A stretch of 62,341 nt of DNA, filler included, from Hausera hauseri (Eukaryota), in the NCBI GenBank assembly GCA_046269625.1. It is 13 parts of 13 records of this genome, joined end to end, with 100 filler letters (N's around TTAATTAATTAA, not from the genome) between each part and the next. Parts side by side here need not be neighbours in the genome. Positions count along the whole stretch, not along the records: positions 5,960 to 12,784 come from JBJURY010061995.1; positions 12,885 to 19,549 come from JBJURY010076993.1; positions 19,650 to 23,970 come from JBJURY010635886.1; 10 more parts are not named here. One strand, given 5' to 3'. Position numbers and translations under genes: made by a program. Under the pieces are notes generated by a model. It was not told the DNA's origin, made no database searches, and saw only the letters and a program-made list of their open reading frames with translations. Of this stretch, positions 10,460-24,070 are shown piece by piece. Every line of letters begins with the position of its first letter. Position 1 is the first letter of the stretch.

Positions 10460-12784
10460 TGCAGGACTAAAACGCATATCAGAAGCAGCAGCAGATGCTC
10501 CATCAAAAAGCCAAAGACAACGGCCAGTTGATGTAGCTGCACTGAAGAGCAAAGTGCGGCGATATTTTATAGCAACAGTAGGGCAGACATCGCTCCATGA
10601 ATTCCTGGAATATTCAAAGGAGGAGGCAGCAGGATTTCTCCAGTACAACTTGTTGGAGGTGAAGGCCCTTAAGGTGAACTTCAAATTTGAAGCCACTTTC
10701 ACCAATGTCAAAGGAGAGCTGTATATTAGAACCTTCAAGATAAAGAACAGGCCACTATTGAAATTTTCTAACATTAAGGATTTCATTACAGAGGTCTATT
10801 TAAGGCTCATCCGCGAAGCCGAAGAAAGCCAGGACAAGAAGAGCGGTTGGACTTTAGCAACATTAAAGGGGTTACGTGTGCATGTGCACAAGTATTCTCC
10901 CATGGGAGGCAGTTCCTACATACGGCTTCCTGAATGGATAGTTAAGAAAAAGGCAGGTGTCAATGTCCATAATGAGGACAGCATATGCTTCATGTATTCT
11001 ATTTTGTCAAAACTAGTCCAGGATCAACATAATACTTTCCGAGTTTGTATATATGACAAAGTGCAGCTCATACGACTTCAGCTGTATTTCATTCCTGCCG
11101 AGCCTAGATGAAGTCGTGAAATTTGAAAGCGTGAACAACATCTCCATCAACATCTTCGGATTGGAGGGGGACAAATTTTATCTCTTACATGTGTGCAAGG
11201 AGGAATTTGAGGATCATAGGAATCTGGTCCTGATAGATGATGAAGAAACTAGGCATTTCATCTGGATCAAGAATTTTGAGCGTCTCGTAGGATCCAAAAT
11301 ATCCAAGCATAAATCAAGGCTGGAAATATGCAAAAGCTGCTTTACCCATTTTAATTGGGAGACAGCCGTAGAAAAGCTGGAGTAGCATAAGACCTACTGC
11401 AATACAAACTATGGCATCCAAGCAGAATTCCCCAAGGAGGATTACCTGGAATTCAAGGAGTCCGAGAAGATGCAGAAGGTGCCGATTATCATATATTGTG
11501 ACTTTGAGGCCATCCTCAGTCCAGTTTACAGCTGGAGCCCCAATCCACAGCAATGCGGTACTACAGTATACCAGTACCATGAGTTATCATCATACTGCAT
11601 GTATGCCAAAGGACTGGACAAAGAACTTTACCTATATGGGGTGTAAATGCAGCAGCACATTTTATGCAGCGTCTGGAACAGTATGCCCACAAACCTGAAG
11701 ACGTTGCAGCAGCAAAGGACTACATGGTGATGTCGCAGCAAGAAAAACATGAATGGCACAAGGCATCAACATGCTACTTATGGAGAAAGCCATTCACGTG
11801 GGACAATCACAAAGTCAGGGATCACATCCATTTTACAGGCATATACCGAGGCGCAGCGTGCAACAATTGCAACTTATGCTGCAAGACATGTACATATGTT
11901 CCCGTGGTATTCCACAATCTTAGTGGATACGATTTCCACTTCATTGTTCGAGAATTGGGTAATATTGAGGGGAACATTGATGTGATTCCAAGTAGTGAGA
12001 AGTACATCACCTTTACGAAGCATGTGTCCCGCATCAGACTTCGCTTCATTTATAGTTTCCGCTTCATGAGCTCGTCACTGGACAGTCTCGTGAAGAATCT
12101 TCTAGCTGATGAGCTCAAGGAGAAGAAGAGATTCTTCCCGGATACATTTGACCTGGTGAAGCGGAAAGGAGTGTTCCCCTATGATTATATAACGTCATGG
12201 GAAACACTGGATGAAGATGCATTACCGGCCAAGGAGGACTTTTATAGTCAGTTGTCATACAGTCATTAGCGATTCTGACTATTAACACGCCCAGAGTATG
12301 GCAGAACTTCCAGTGCAGAACCGTAGGGGAATACAGTGATATCTGTCTCTTCACATGTGCTGTTGCTTACTGATGTCTTCGAAAGCTTCCGGAATGTGAT
12401 TCTTAAGAACCACAAGTTAGATCCAGCCCATTTCTTTACATCTCCAGGAATGAGTTGGGCAGCTATGTTGCGCTATACCGGCATAAGGCTCCAGATATTG
12501 AAGGATTACAATATGGTCCTCAATGGTTGAGAGAGGCATCTGGGGTGGAATTTGCCAGGCCATTCACAGGTACAGTGAAGCCAACAACAAATACATGGCA
12601 GATTATGATCTATCCAAGGAATCCTCATATATATCATACCTGCATGCCAACAATCTGTGGATGGACAATGAGCAACCCATTGCCCTATGATAACTTTCAA
12701 TGGGCGGAGCAGTTGCAAGTCTTGGATATTGAAGGTATTGATCCCACTGGAGATACGGGCTACATACTGGATGTGGACGTGGAA
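10460..12784 (+). pseudogene. protein-primed family B DNA polymerase of Polinton/Maverick type, frameshifted
   Basis: SGWTL..GSSYIRLP..VNVHNEDSICF; ExoI IYCDFEA; endonuclease VII-like VRDHIHFTGIYRGAACNNCNL; VFHNLSGYDFH; SFRFMSSSLDSL; KGVFPYDY; DVFESFR; GYILDVDVE. Confidence 0.92.
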
Positions 12785-12884
12785 NNNNNNNNNNNNNNNN
12801 NNNNNNNNNNNNNNNNNNNNNNNNNNNNTTAATTAATTAANNNNNNNNNNNNNNNNNNNNNNNNNNNNNNNNNNNNNNNNNNNN

Positions 12885-13152
12885 TCGCGTTACACGTGGA
12901 GCATTTCCTGTTTTGCTTCTTTCTCTTCTAGCGTCTCTCCCTTACATTTTTATATACCCCACCTCTGTTAACTTTTGCTTAGCTTGTCACGCACTTCCGA
13001 TATCACCTGGTCCGAACATCTTTGCTCGACCTAATTTCCTAAGGGGGTCACCCGAAATTCTTAGTGAAATGTTCAGAATAGCCAATCAGGTGGGGAAAAC
13101 TTATAGGCAGATCAATCATAGAAGTGTGGTGGAGAGCTCACTTCTACCTACT
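12885..13152 (-). mobile_element. terminus of dispersed repeat family X (5'-AGTAGGTAGAAGTG...)
   Basis: Homologous to the copies at 34017, 52156 and 58289-58786. Confidence 0.8.
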
Positions 13153-14767
13153 TTCTATGTATTTTTTTAATAAAATTACTCAGCGTCTCTACTTTTTTGG
13201 CCATGACTGTAATTTTCATAAAACAAACTTGTCAGTAGTTATAGTCACTTTACTTTCATATTAGCTCCATTATACAAATACCGTAAGGACAATAAAATAT
13301 CAAATTAATGTCAGTCTCAATAAGTTCGGTCATCACTGATTCGGTTTTCTACTCATCTAATTGTTCGAAGAAACAATAACTATTTCCTACACTATTCGTT
13401 TGTGTTAGGCTAATTTGTTATTTTGTGTTAATCGCATCAATTCTTACTTCATGTTTACTTAAACCCATCATACCAACATAATCTACCTTACGTTCGAAAA
13501 ATATTAAAAAACACTCCAATTTTCATGACAAATAAACAAATTAGTTAATTAATCACGTATACATATCGAGTAGTTTTTGAATTATGTGACTCACATTTCT
13601 GAATACAAGAAAATAGAAAATGCTTATACATTAATCCAATACAACTCCAGACCGATCAGTTTTTTTCCAGTCTACAAATTAAATCTCGTAAAAAAACCGT
13701 CAATACAACACTAAAATAATGATAACCCAACTAAATGCCCCAATATTGCAAAATGTTAAAATGCACAAAACATTTTTTGGAAACGTTTTGATTTATAAGT
13801 CAAACACAAACCAAATGCAAAAAAGTTCTCTTTCTATCTATGTCTGAATGAGGTGTGTTACACCAGTACCGATCAGTAATTAGCGTGTGTACACCATTTG
13901 TCAATAAGATTCCATTAGTTACAAATCTCTTAACATTATTAATCACTTTTGGAATTTTCCTTAACGATTTTTCAATTTGTTCATGTTTATGGCTATTTCC
14001 AATTATAATTATTTCTAGTAGAGCTTTTAGTGAATTTTACATCAACAAATTTTGTGAAGTACATCAACGAAACTGCAATATTGCTTATGTAAATATTGCG
14101 TTGAAGGTAAAATTTACGTAACAACTATATTTTTAGTATTATGGGAAATATTTTTAATTGTTTACGTATAAGATAACCAAGCTTGGGAAGATTATATTCG
14201 AAAATTAAACACGTTTAGTTTGTATTACAAAATAATTATCAACCATATATGTCTAAATTTTATGTCATGCTAGAACTGGACCACATGTCTTTCGCACAAA
14301 CTAAACAGAAAATAGTAAATGAAAACTTTAAGTGGCTATGTACCCTCGAAATTTTGTGCGTCCTTTTCGTTCGAGTCTATGAAACAAGTGGGTTTTTTTT
14401 GGTAATTTGACTCATTCATTTCCACCATGATATTGGTTTTTACAATTATTGTTTTTTGATTGAATTCAAACTATGACAGGTTTCAAAAACACGTTTGACG
14501 TCTTTTCTACCTTAGCTGACAAATTGTGATAAAAAAGATGCATAGAAAAAGCATGATTAGAAACGTCTATATTTCGGTGTCCATTGATTCTTTCTGCTTA
14601 AAGTTAAATTTGCCTGAACTGTCTACACATGTTTCGAATGATCGAAAAATGTTGCATAAGCTGACGGACAAATTTTTGAATTTGGTGTAATATTAATTAA
14701 TTATGAAAACGGTATTAAACCGAATCGAAAAAAACACGTGTTAACAACATTCTATGATGTTTTGAAC

Positions 14768-15573
14768 TGTTAGTAGTTGAAGGTGGGCCCACCCCAACTA
14801 TAACAATAAGTAAATTCAAAGTTTGGATAATACTGTTTGAGCAGATAAGTCCTAACGTTCTCGTTAGAATGTTTGCACTATTTATCTTGCGGGTACTGCG
14901 TGCAGTGAATGTACAAGTTATTTAGGTCTAGTCTTACCTACGGATTTTATAAAATATTTTATTTCTTAGGGTCGTTCTAGTCCCTCTTAAAGAGCGACGA
15001 AAAAGCTATAAAAGATTTTAAAATACACAAATTTATTGAATACAAAATAAACTATACCAGATCAATCTACACGATTCAGCAAAATCAGAAATTTGTTCAA
15101 CGAAGAAAAGTCAATTCTTGACTCAGTCTAATATCACGAACTTCTGGTCACTGATCAATTCGAATTTGCGATTTTTCACTCCGAAAACTCTTCAGAAAAC
15201 TTCTTACAAACTTTAACTACACGACTTCACAATAGCTTACATTGTTCGTTCCAAACACATCTTTATATATCGTTCGGTTCTTTGTTTATAACATTAATTT
15301 TCCGTTCTTTGAATTTCCGTATAATTTTTGTTATTTAATTTTCAGTTCATTTCGTCTATTTAATTTGATACTGACTAAATATTGTAAATATTCACATAAC
15401 TGATTACAAATTAACACTGATTAATATCGTAAATATTTACATAAAATAATTAATTCCACCCGTAATTATTTACATTTGTTTAACTATCATTCCATATCCG
15501 TTTTATTTACAATTTGTACTACTAATTCGATTATGTACATATCTATAGTCCTCGATTACTGTACTTTACAACA
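14768..15573 (-). mobile_element. solo LTR-like element, family A
   Basis: TGTT...AACA termini. Shares blocks with 21329-21937 and 47991-48912. TATA then AATAAA on the minus strand. Confidence 0.6.
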
Positions 15574-16229
15574 CTTTAGTTTACTAAAACATTATTTTCA
15601 ATATTTTTAATGATTGAAAATTAGTTTGCTAGTCAGTTTTTAAACATGCAATCAATATTATAAATATTGAAAATTTCAGACAGAAATGATCAAACACCTT
15701 TCAGTCTATAGATAATTTTTTTAATTATTCAGATAAAATTTAATATTGATGACTGCAAATTGATATATTGTTGTAAGGTATATAAATAAAGTATATTGAT
15801 TGTTCATTATTGTAGTCAATATCCTCAATGATTATTTTTAGTAAATATCTCCATTAATTTATTTGAATATTGTTTATATTTTAATACAGTTTTTGCTTTT
15901 AATGACGTTTAAGGATCCCGTTAATTCCCGAAGCACAATGTGCCAACATGATGACCACGATTGCTAACTTCGGAAAATCATAAGAAACATGACATGGTAA
16001 ACTATATCGGGGGTTATATTCTGAGATCGAAAAGATTGTGATAGTATAAATACTTGTTTTTGTGATTATAATAATTTTAGTAGTATGTATGTGGTAAATG
16101 TTATGTTGATATATTTTTAAATGATAAATCTTATTAAATGTAATTGGAAAAATGAAATTAAAGTATTTAATCGTGATAAATTTTATGATATTATTACGTA
16201 CGATAAGTTTCAAAGGTGATCCGATGTAA

Positions 16230-16400
16230 TAGTGACGACAGACAATTATAAGCGTAGCTGTCTGTTAGATACTGGTGCTAAAATAAGCGTAATTTATTAT
16301 ACAATTCTTCAAAAATTGGGGGATTTTTCTATAAGTAGGAGCAGTTTGAAGTTATGTTGCACAATTGCTAGCCTAATTAAAATTATGGGGAAAGTTATGT
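16230..16400 (+). pseudogene. decayed retroelement aspartic protease
   Basis: SCLLDTGAKISVIYYTILQKLG at about 16257-16322. Confidence 0.6.
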
Positions 16401-16441
16401 AAGGGTAAGAGAACTAGAAGACTCCATGTCAATTTAGTAAA

Positions 16442-17220
16442 TGTTATGAAAATGGCCATAATGAACAATATGTTGAGTAAATAACATAATATGTTGAATA
16501 ATTGAGAATAGCTGCCAATATGTAAATAAGTAGAATTGTATATATTAGTTTAATCGATATAATCGACAAATTAAATTAAATGTAAATATGGCATATGGCG
16601 AGATTAATTGAATGAAAATTGAAATAACGATACAAATGAGAATTTTAATGAGAAAATGTCTAAATAACCAAAATAAACATGTTAAACAGATAATGCGAGA
16701 ACAGAATAAGTATATAGAGGATAAGTTGAAGAGCAAAAGTGAACAGTGTAGCTTCGACTGTAGCGTCGATTAGAATCGAGATTGAAACTTGCTGAGTAAC
16801 CAGAAAAATTGATCTTTTGTGGACGTGTAATTGTCGTTTTGTACAATTTCTTGACGTGGTCTGTGATACAAAATTTTTGACATTTTATCCAGTGATTTGT
16901 GTGGTAATTATTATATTGTTTTATTATTTGTTGTTCTAAAATTCCCGAATAGTTTTCATCGGCCCTTAAGGCTGATTCGAGTATCACTGAGGTTAAAATT
17001 TACGGCAAATTGTAGAAGTACCAGATCATTCTTAACTTGAGCACAGGACAAGGCACGCATTTCACACGCACGTAATATTTATACATTGGGCACATTCGTT
17101 TAACGACAACGTTAAACCGAATTTGCTGTTAAGTCATTAAATTTAAGTGTGAATTACGTTATATATAGAGGGAAGTAATAAGGGACAACCTAATATATAA
17201 CATTTGGCTACCCTAGCAGG
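16442..17220 (+). mobile_element. 5' LTR (16442-17202) and PBS of a gypsy element
   Basis: TGTTAT...ATAACA termini, then TGGCTACCCTAGCAGG at 17205, then gag. Confidence 0.7.
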
Positions 17221-17517
17221 ACAGTTTGTGCATAGCTAGATATTATTCAGAGATAATTAACGATATATCGGCGATCAGCGCCAACACACCGATTAATTGT
17301 GAGAAAATTAAACTTGGGATAAGTTATTGGACTTAAATTAAAGCGATAATTCAGGACGAATACTGATAACCAAATAAACGATAAAAATAAATCTCCTATA
17401 CGTGAGACACGCAGAGTTATTTACCAAACAAATTTTGAAACCAGAATTAATATAGAACTGAACGGTAAGTTTAAACTTCCTAGACTTAACGATAAACCTT
17501 ATAAGAATAAGATAGAT

Positions 17518-19549
17518 ATGGCAGCAGATAATCCAGCCATAGCCCAGAAGCTCGACATTTTTACATCAGATTCTTTAAATCTGCCGGCATACGATGGTGA
17601 TCCGGACGGATTAAACGATTTTCTGAAAACTTATAAGTTGCACGCGGAATGTGCTAGTCTCACTCCTGAAGTAACAATAAAACGTTTATTACTATATGTT
17701 AAGAATTTAGCTGCCGATGCTTATAGTGAGCTTACCAATGACGAAAAGAAATCTTGGTCCTCCATAGTAGGAGCATTAAACCGTAAACTATTGCCAACAG
17801 TAACGCCGCAACAGAAACGTATGGCATTTCAGAACAGAGTGCAACAGAAGGGTGAATCGGTTTCCCAGTTTGCATTTGCATTGAAGAAACTTGCTAGTAG
17901 TTATGCAAGTACTTTGAGAATAGCTAACGTAGCAAAAGCTAAAACAGATGCAGAACGTGATGCTGCAGAAAAGGCGACACCTCCAGATTTAGACGTCATG
18001 ATGACGACTCAGTCAATAAATGGCATATGGTCAAGAGACCTAGTTAAACAGTTTATCCTGGCCAGACCCGATAATTTTAAAAGGACGTTACAATTAGCCC
18101 AAGACTTAGAAATGGCATTGGAGATATGCCCAGCAAGGTGACGAATATGAAAGGAATAATGACCGCAATAACCGCAATAGAAACGATAATCAGGATAACT
18201 GTTGGTTTAATGATAATAACCAAAACCGAGGTTTCGATAATAGAAATCAAAATGTTTATAATAGGAATCAAAGAAACGATAGAAATTCTAGCAATAACCA
18301 AAATACATATAACTCATATAATAAATCAAGTTACAATTCAGATAGAAACCAAGGTAGTTACCGACCCTATGTTAAATATACGGATAATTGGAATAATGAT
18401 AATAGATATGATGCAGATAATAGACAAATATTACAGGGCCAGAATAAGAATACAAACAGAGCGAAATCGCTTGTGAATGAGGATGGCAGACAAAGGATTA
18501 GGAGGAATAGAAATTTAATCTGTTTTACATGTGGCAAAGAAGGTCACATTGCTAGGTCATGTCCAAATCCTAGAAGTGTCACATTTAATGAACCGAACAA
18601 AACAAGTATTATTAAAAATAACTTAGAAGCCATCTACGGTAAACGAGGTGATATAAGCCTGATCATTGAAATGCAAAATCTACGTAGATCTGTAAGGAAT
18701 CTAGGCGAAACTACAAATCCTCAGGTATTGAAGGATATAAAAGAATATGAAGAGAAATTACAATTAATGGAAGTTTATCACGGATTAAGAGAACCGCAAA
18801 CCAAAGAAGAATGGGCACTGGCACAAAATAATACTAATATGGCGTGTAAAAAGTCTATTCCGCAAAGCATAGCCAAATCGGAAAAACCNNNNNNNNNNAT
18901 AGAGCCCTTAGTCCTCAAAAGAACGAAGAATAGAGGTAAAAGCCCATCGCCTAAGAGAAGATCCAAGACTCGCTCAAGATCTCCCATAAAGACGCGGAAC
19001 AAAAAGAAGACTTCTATACGGCTACCCTAAGAGACACCTCGCCCTTACATACGCCCGCAAGGACTGTAGAAACGTTGAAAACGCCAGAGATAGTAAATAC
19101 TAATGATGATATTATTGAAATTTGTTCGCTTCCTGCAAGCGAGGAAGAAACGAAAGATAATAATGATCTAAATGCGAGAAAATGGAAGGTCCGACGTTCG
19201 TGGAAGAAGGCCGATGAATTGAAGAGAATGAGAGTTAGATGTTAATATCCAGAGATACTACGACACAAAATAGAAAGACTTAAACATATCAGTAAACAAA
19301 CAGACATATCTGGAAAAGAACAACAATTTTCAGAGAAATTATATAAGAGTTTAAAATTGTGTAGAAAAGGAAAGCTCGATGAAGCAATTGAAGTAAGACA
19401 ACCGGAAGAGGTGCCACAGGATACGTTGACGAAATGGAATTATGAAATAGAGTTACGGATTAAAAGTGGAGTTGAATTTTCGGAAGGATGGAGTAAAGAC
19501 AAAGATAGTGTCTGCGTGAGAGTCGCCGAAGCACAGACATTATTATCCG
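17518..19549 (+). pseudogene. gag: gypsy Gag (capsid, N/R-rich spacer, CCHC knuckle) with long C-terminal extension, frameshifted
   Basis: YDGDPD..FL; RVQQKGESVSQFAFALKKLA; CFTCGKEGHIARSC. Confidence 0.85.
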
Positions 19550-20619
19550 NNNNNNNNNNNNNNNNNNNNNNNNNNNNNNNNNNNNNNNNNNNNTTAATTA
19601 ATTAANNNNNNNNNNNNNNNNNNNNNNNNNNNNNNNNNNNNNNNNNNNNTAAATGCAGCATGTTAATGTTGTTCTGCAGTCATTGCAGTATCCTATAGTC
19701 TAATCTTTATTGGGTGACTTTATGCTAAGTCCAAAAGTAATTTATTGCCCTGTCTGTGTATTCCCCACTGACTCTAGAGTCTCGCAAAGGAACACCAAAC
19801 AAGACTGAATAAGCAATTGGGCCATAAAACAGATCCATTGCTTTTCTATTGGCTCCGAGGCATGCTGTAAGGATTTTTCATGGCTACCAATCTCTCCGAC
19901 ACTAATTGCTTTGGTATCACATTCTGGGGAGCTGTAAATTCCGAGGTGTATATTTTGCTTCTAGTATGGGCCTGGATCATCAAAGGCATAGCCCAGTTTT
20001 ATTAAGGCACTAAAACCTCAGAACACCTTGCAATAGAGTAACTGCTCAGGGAGAAAACGATGCTGCATCGCAAATGCGAATCACTGAGCAATTCAGAGAA
20101 ACCGAAGAACTGTGAAGTGTTAATTTTTAAACATTTCTTTGATAATGTACATAAATCATATAGTTGTTTGTAGCTCATTTTATCCTCTGACATCACATTT
20201 GTCAAGTACTTCGTCTGCATACTCCGACTTTAAGTCTTTAATAAAATCTCTAATAATTGGTGTTATGGTTATTTGAATTTCAAAATTCGTATTGATAGAA
20301 GTGGTCAAAAACCAATTTTGAAACAAATAAAGAATTAATAAGTAGAAAACAATAAAAGTGCAGTCCTTCAAAATTTCATTAGTGCTTCATTATTTAAAAA
20401 ACCTATTTGAGTAATGGTACGGTAATCCGTGAAGAAATATTGTCACTTGTACAACATCGCTTTCTTTGACATCTTCAATAGTTTTAGTTTCGCTAAGATC
20501 ATCACTCTTTTTTTGTTGAAAGATCTCAAACAATACGTCAAAGGACGTTCCATTTTCGGTCGTTTCATTGTTGGTCTCAATAAAATATTGTTTATAATTG
20601 TTTTGCAGTTTCTATTCTA

Positions 20620-20900
20620 GCGATCGTTCTGTTAAGTCCTCGATGGTCGGCGTCATGACAAAACCCTGCAAAGATACATCTGAGCACCTTTAAGGGTTCC
20701 AATATGCTTTTAATTTTTTATCTAACAGAAAGCAATGCATGACCTGAGCTGCTTCGGCAGAATGCAATGAGTTGTGATATGGATTTGCATTATGACAAGC
20801 ATCCTGGATAGAATGTGGAAACTTCTTTAAACAGTCAATCGATTTTGCACTAGTTTGAGATCGAGGTACAGCGCAATCGAAATGCAATCGACTGAGTTGT
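20620..20900 (-). pseudogene. class I cyclic-nucleotide phosphodiesterase fragment, degenerate
   Basis: NPYHNSLHSAEAAQVMHCFL, then a frameshift, then LEPL..CIFAGFCHDADHRGLN (HDxxHxG signature). Confidence 0.75.
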
Positions 20901-21134
20901 TTTTACATTTTGTAGAGGTTTTTCAAATCGTTCAGTTCACGAAGCGATGTAGAGATTTTTGTACCTTTCGATACAAATGACTCGGTTTCGCCGAGAGTAA
21001 TTGTTTTAGACAACTGGTGATTTTCCATTGCTGCAATCTTTGATTAAATCAACGGTTTCAGGTGAATGACTTCGTTTTGTGGGTTTGTTTACCGTCTGAG
21101 AAATCGTACATCTGCTAAGTAGAATATTTCGATT

Positions 21135-21937
21135 TGTTTAAAGGGTGGTCGAGGTTCAAAAGTTTTGCTTTGGCAGCCTTTTACCGTAAAATTTTTTGAG
21201 GAGGATAGGAATTGTGAAATTTTGAGGCGGAGAATCGGGCCCGACTATGGACCCGATGCGGCGACAAGGGACGCCCGGCCGTGTCCTTCCAAATGGGCCA
21301 AAGGGCACCGGCCGCTGCGGGCACTATATCAAGTCTCTCTTAAGGAGCGACTAAAAACTATAAGCGATTTTAAAATATAACAATTTATTCACAAATAAAC
21401 AGATATACCGTGGCGTACAATCTTCAGATTAAAATAATTGCTTCAGTCATAATGATCAGTATCGATCCAATCCGTTTCTGAACGATTAAAATATCTTCAA
21501 GTGCTTTCTAAGCCCGTCCTGAACGTCTTCAATAAGTTCAAATCAACAACGTTTTAACTGTTCAAATGGAGTTCCCTGATGTTTTCCAATAAGCTAATCA
21601 AAATTCATAAATTTCTAAATGTTCATTCGACTGATTATGAGCCGCCTTATATAATAGACTGGTTGTGGGTGGATTGGCGGTGAGTAATTTTCAATAATTT
21701 TCTAACAAATTTACATAATTTAATTTCTAATTTCGTCTGATTATTCGTTGTTGTGGGCTTATTATTAACCCATTTTCCAGATAAACTTATTTTCAAATTG
21801 TAGGCGTAATCCGACTAATCAAATGACATTTTGCAATTTAATAATAATTCGACAATATTTCTTGCTTTCGATTTAATAATTCAGTTTCATTTTATGCAGT
21901 ATTTTTAAAATTTTCATACTTTTTGGCCTTTTACAAC
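21135..21937 (-). mobile_element. family A LTR fragment abutting a short GC-rich family B LTR (about 21135-21328)
   Basis: 21223-21328 matches 50225-50329. 21329-21937 matches 48210-48840. Confidence 0.6.
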
Positions 21938-22779
21938 GAAAATTAATAAAAAATAGCCTCTGATCAACCTCCAAATAAGGTCAATGTGGTGCCCACAGTG
22001 GCCGGTGCCCTGTGTGAAAATCTGTCATTTTATTTCGGTTACATCGATAATAATTTTTGATAGAAATTGATAGTTAAGAATCTGAATAAGTCCAGTTACA
22101 AAAATGACGTCGGCTACAAAACCTAAAAACAAAAGATAAATGCATTGTATAAAAGTATATTTTTTTAAATCATTCCATTTACCACTGCATATTTAAACAA
22201 ATTTGCATGAATGGCAATTTTTTTTGTTGGGTAAATGTGGGAATCACCGCATTACACCCCCGGCAAAGTCATTTTTTCCAGAAGGGGCCCAGCGGGGGTC
22301 ATCCGGCAACAGGCACAACGGCGGATTCACCTCCAGTGGTGTTTCATCGCCGAATATTTTCCGTTCTGCATCGCCCGTAATGAGGCTGGAACGACCCTGA
22401 AGGAGATGTTTTGTGGTTTTGACCTTCGGCAACGCAATATCGTTGGAATGATTTTCAAATTCTTCTTTGCGATATTTGAACTCGCGGACTTTCTGATTGT
22501 TTGGTAAGTTCGACTCGAAATAAACGGTAGTCGAAAAGGAATGAGAATTCTCCTTGGACTTCGAAAAGCTGGTGAGAAAGTACTACACGAATTGTTCAGA
22601 CAATCGTCATAATATATAATGATGGTGCGGCCGTCGATAACTTGCATTTCCTCATAATTACAGAGTTTCAAATCAGATACGAATGACCGACGTACTAACT
22701 TTCTTTTTAATAGTCGTCCTAGTTCACCCTTTCAAAAAAACTAAGTTCGCCACCAGATGTCACGGCAAACTCTTGCAAA

Positions 22780-23970
22780 GGCACTTCTTCACTTTCTGAA
22801 CGCCGACAGGCCTCTTTTGCTGTCTTTACTCTAAAGGCTGCAATCACCTCTCATACAACACAATCTGTTGATTTCCTCATCCATACAGGTGCAGCAACTT
22901 CCTTATTACCACAAAACTTTCCTGTACAAAATTCTTCATTCAGAATTAAGCCCTTATACACCGCTTCAGGTCAACCGCTGCACATTTTTGGCATGACTAA
23001 ATTATCTTTCATCTTACCAAAATTTCCTCACTTTTCCACTGGACGTTCACAGTCGCTAACGTCCAGACGGCAATTTTAAGATCCGTTTTTCTATCACATT
23101 ATAATTTATTGGTTGACTGCAGTCAGCGATGTTTGAGGAACGGCACCACTGGCGACATTTCTGGACATGTCTCCTCAACCAGACCGAGTCGAATCTCTTA
23201 AAAATATCCAGTTGCAATGTACAACCACTGAAATGCGTAGCTTCCTTGGTACAATACACTTTGTACATAAATATGTACCATATTGCTCCGAATTGATAGC
23301 ACCATTTACACAACTAAGCGGCTGCAAAAAACATCAGCCAATCCAGTGGACACGTGAATTGGTTGACAAATTTGATAAGCTACGCGAAGGAATTAAGACC
23401 GTTGATATCTTCGCTTTCCCCAAGCCTGATGCAGAACTTATCCTTACTACAGATGCGTTAACCACTGCAGTAAGCGCTGTACTCCACCAGATCTACAAGG
23501 GAGAAAATCAACCATTAGAATTTTTTTCCCGCAAGCTAACAGCACCTGAAACCAGATATTGAAGGTTCGATCGAGAACCATTGACCATCGTTCTCGCTTT
23601 AAGGCATTTCTCCCACCTACTTGTTGCTCGTCATTTTACTATACAAACTGATCATAAACCCTTACTTAACATCATGGCTATGAAACACCCTTCCACACGC
23701 CAAGAACGACAAAGTTCATACTTATTGACATTTAACTTCGATATTAAACACATTAACGGGGTTAACAATTTGGTTGCCGATTTTTTATCTAGGTCGGTTA
23801 GTTCGATTAATTTTTCACCGATTTTTACGCACGACCAACTTCAACGGAACCAGCCACCTCAGGACATGCTTAATTCTTTTATGTCTTTCACAGTCGTTGA
23901 CGGCGTGGCTTTAGACACTTCCAAACCAGGCCATTCCGTAATAATTCTAGCACCATCATTGCAAAGGCAA
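22780..23970 (+). pseudogene. internally deleted gypsy pol (protease, RT thumb, RNase H)
   Basis: FLIHTGAATSLLP; EMRSFLGTIHF; LTTDA; PLEFFSRKLTAPETRY; QTDHKPL; NLVADFLSR. The RT core is missing. Confidence 0.85.
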
Positions 23971-24070
23971 NNNNNNNNNNNNNNNNNNNNNNNNNNNNNN
24001 NNNNNNNNNNNNNNTTAATTAATTAANNNNNNNNNNNNNNNNNNNNNNNNNNNNNNNNNNNNNNNNNNNN

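Noticed and set aside
22203-22671. Overlapping short ORFs with moderate GC
   Set aside because: No recognisable domain, so no call can be supported.
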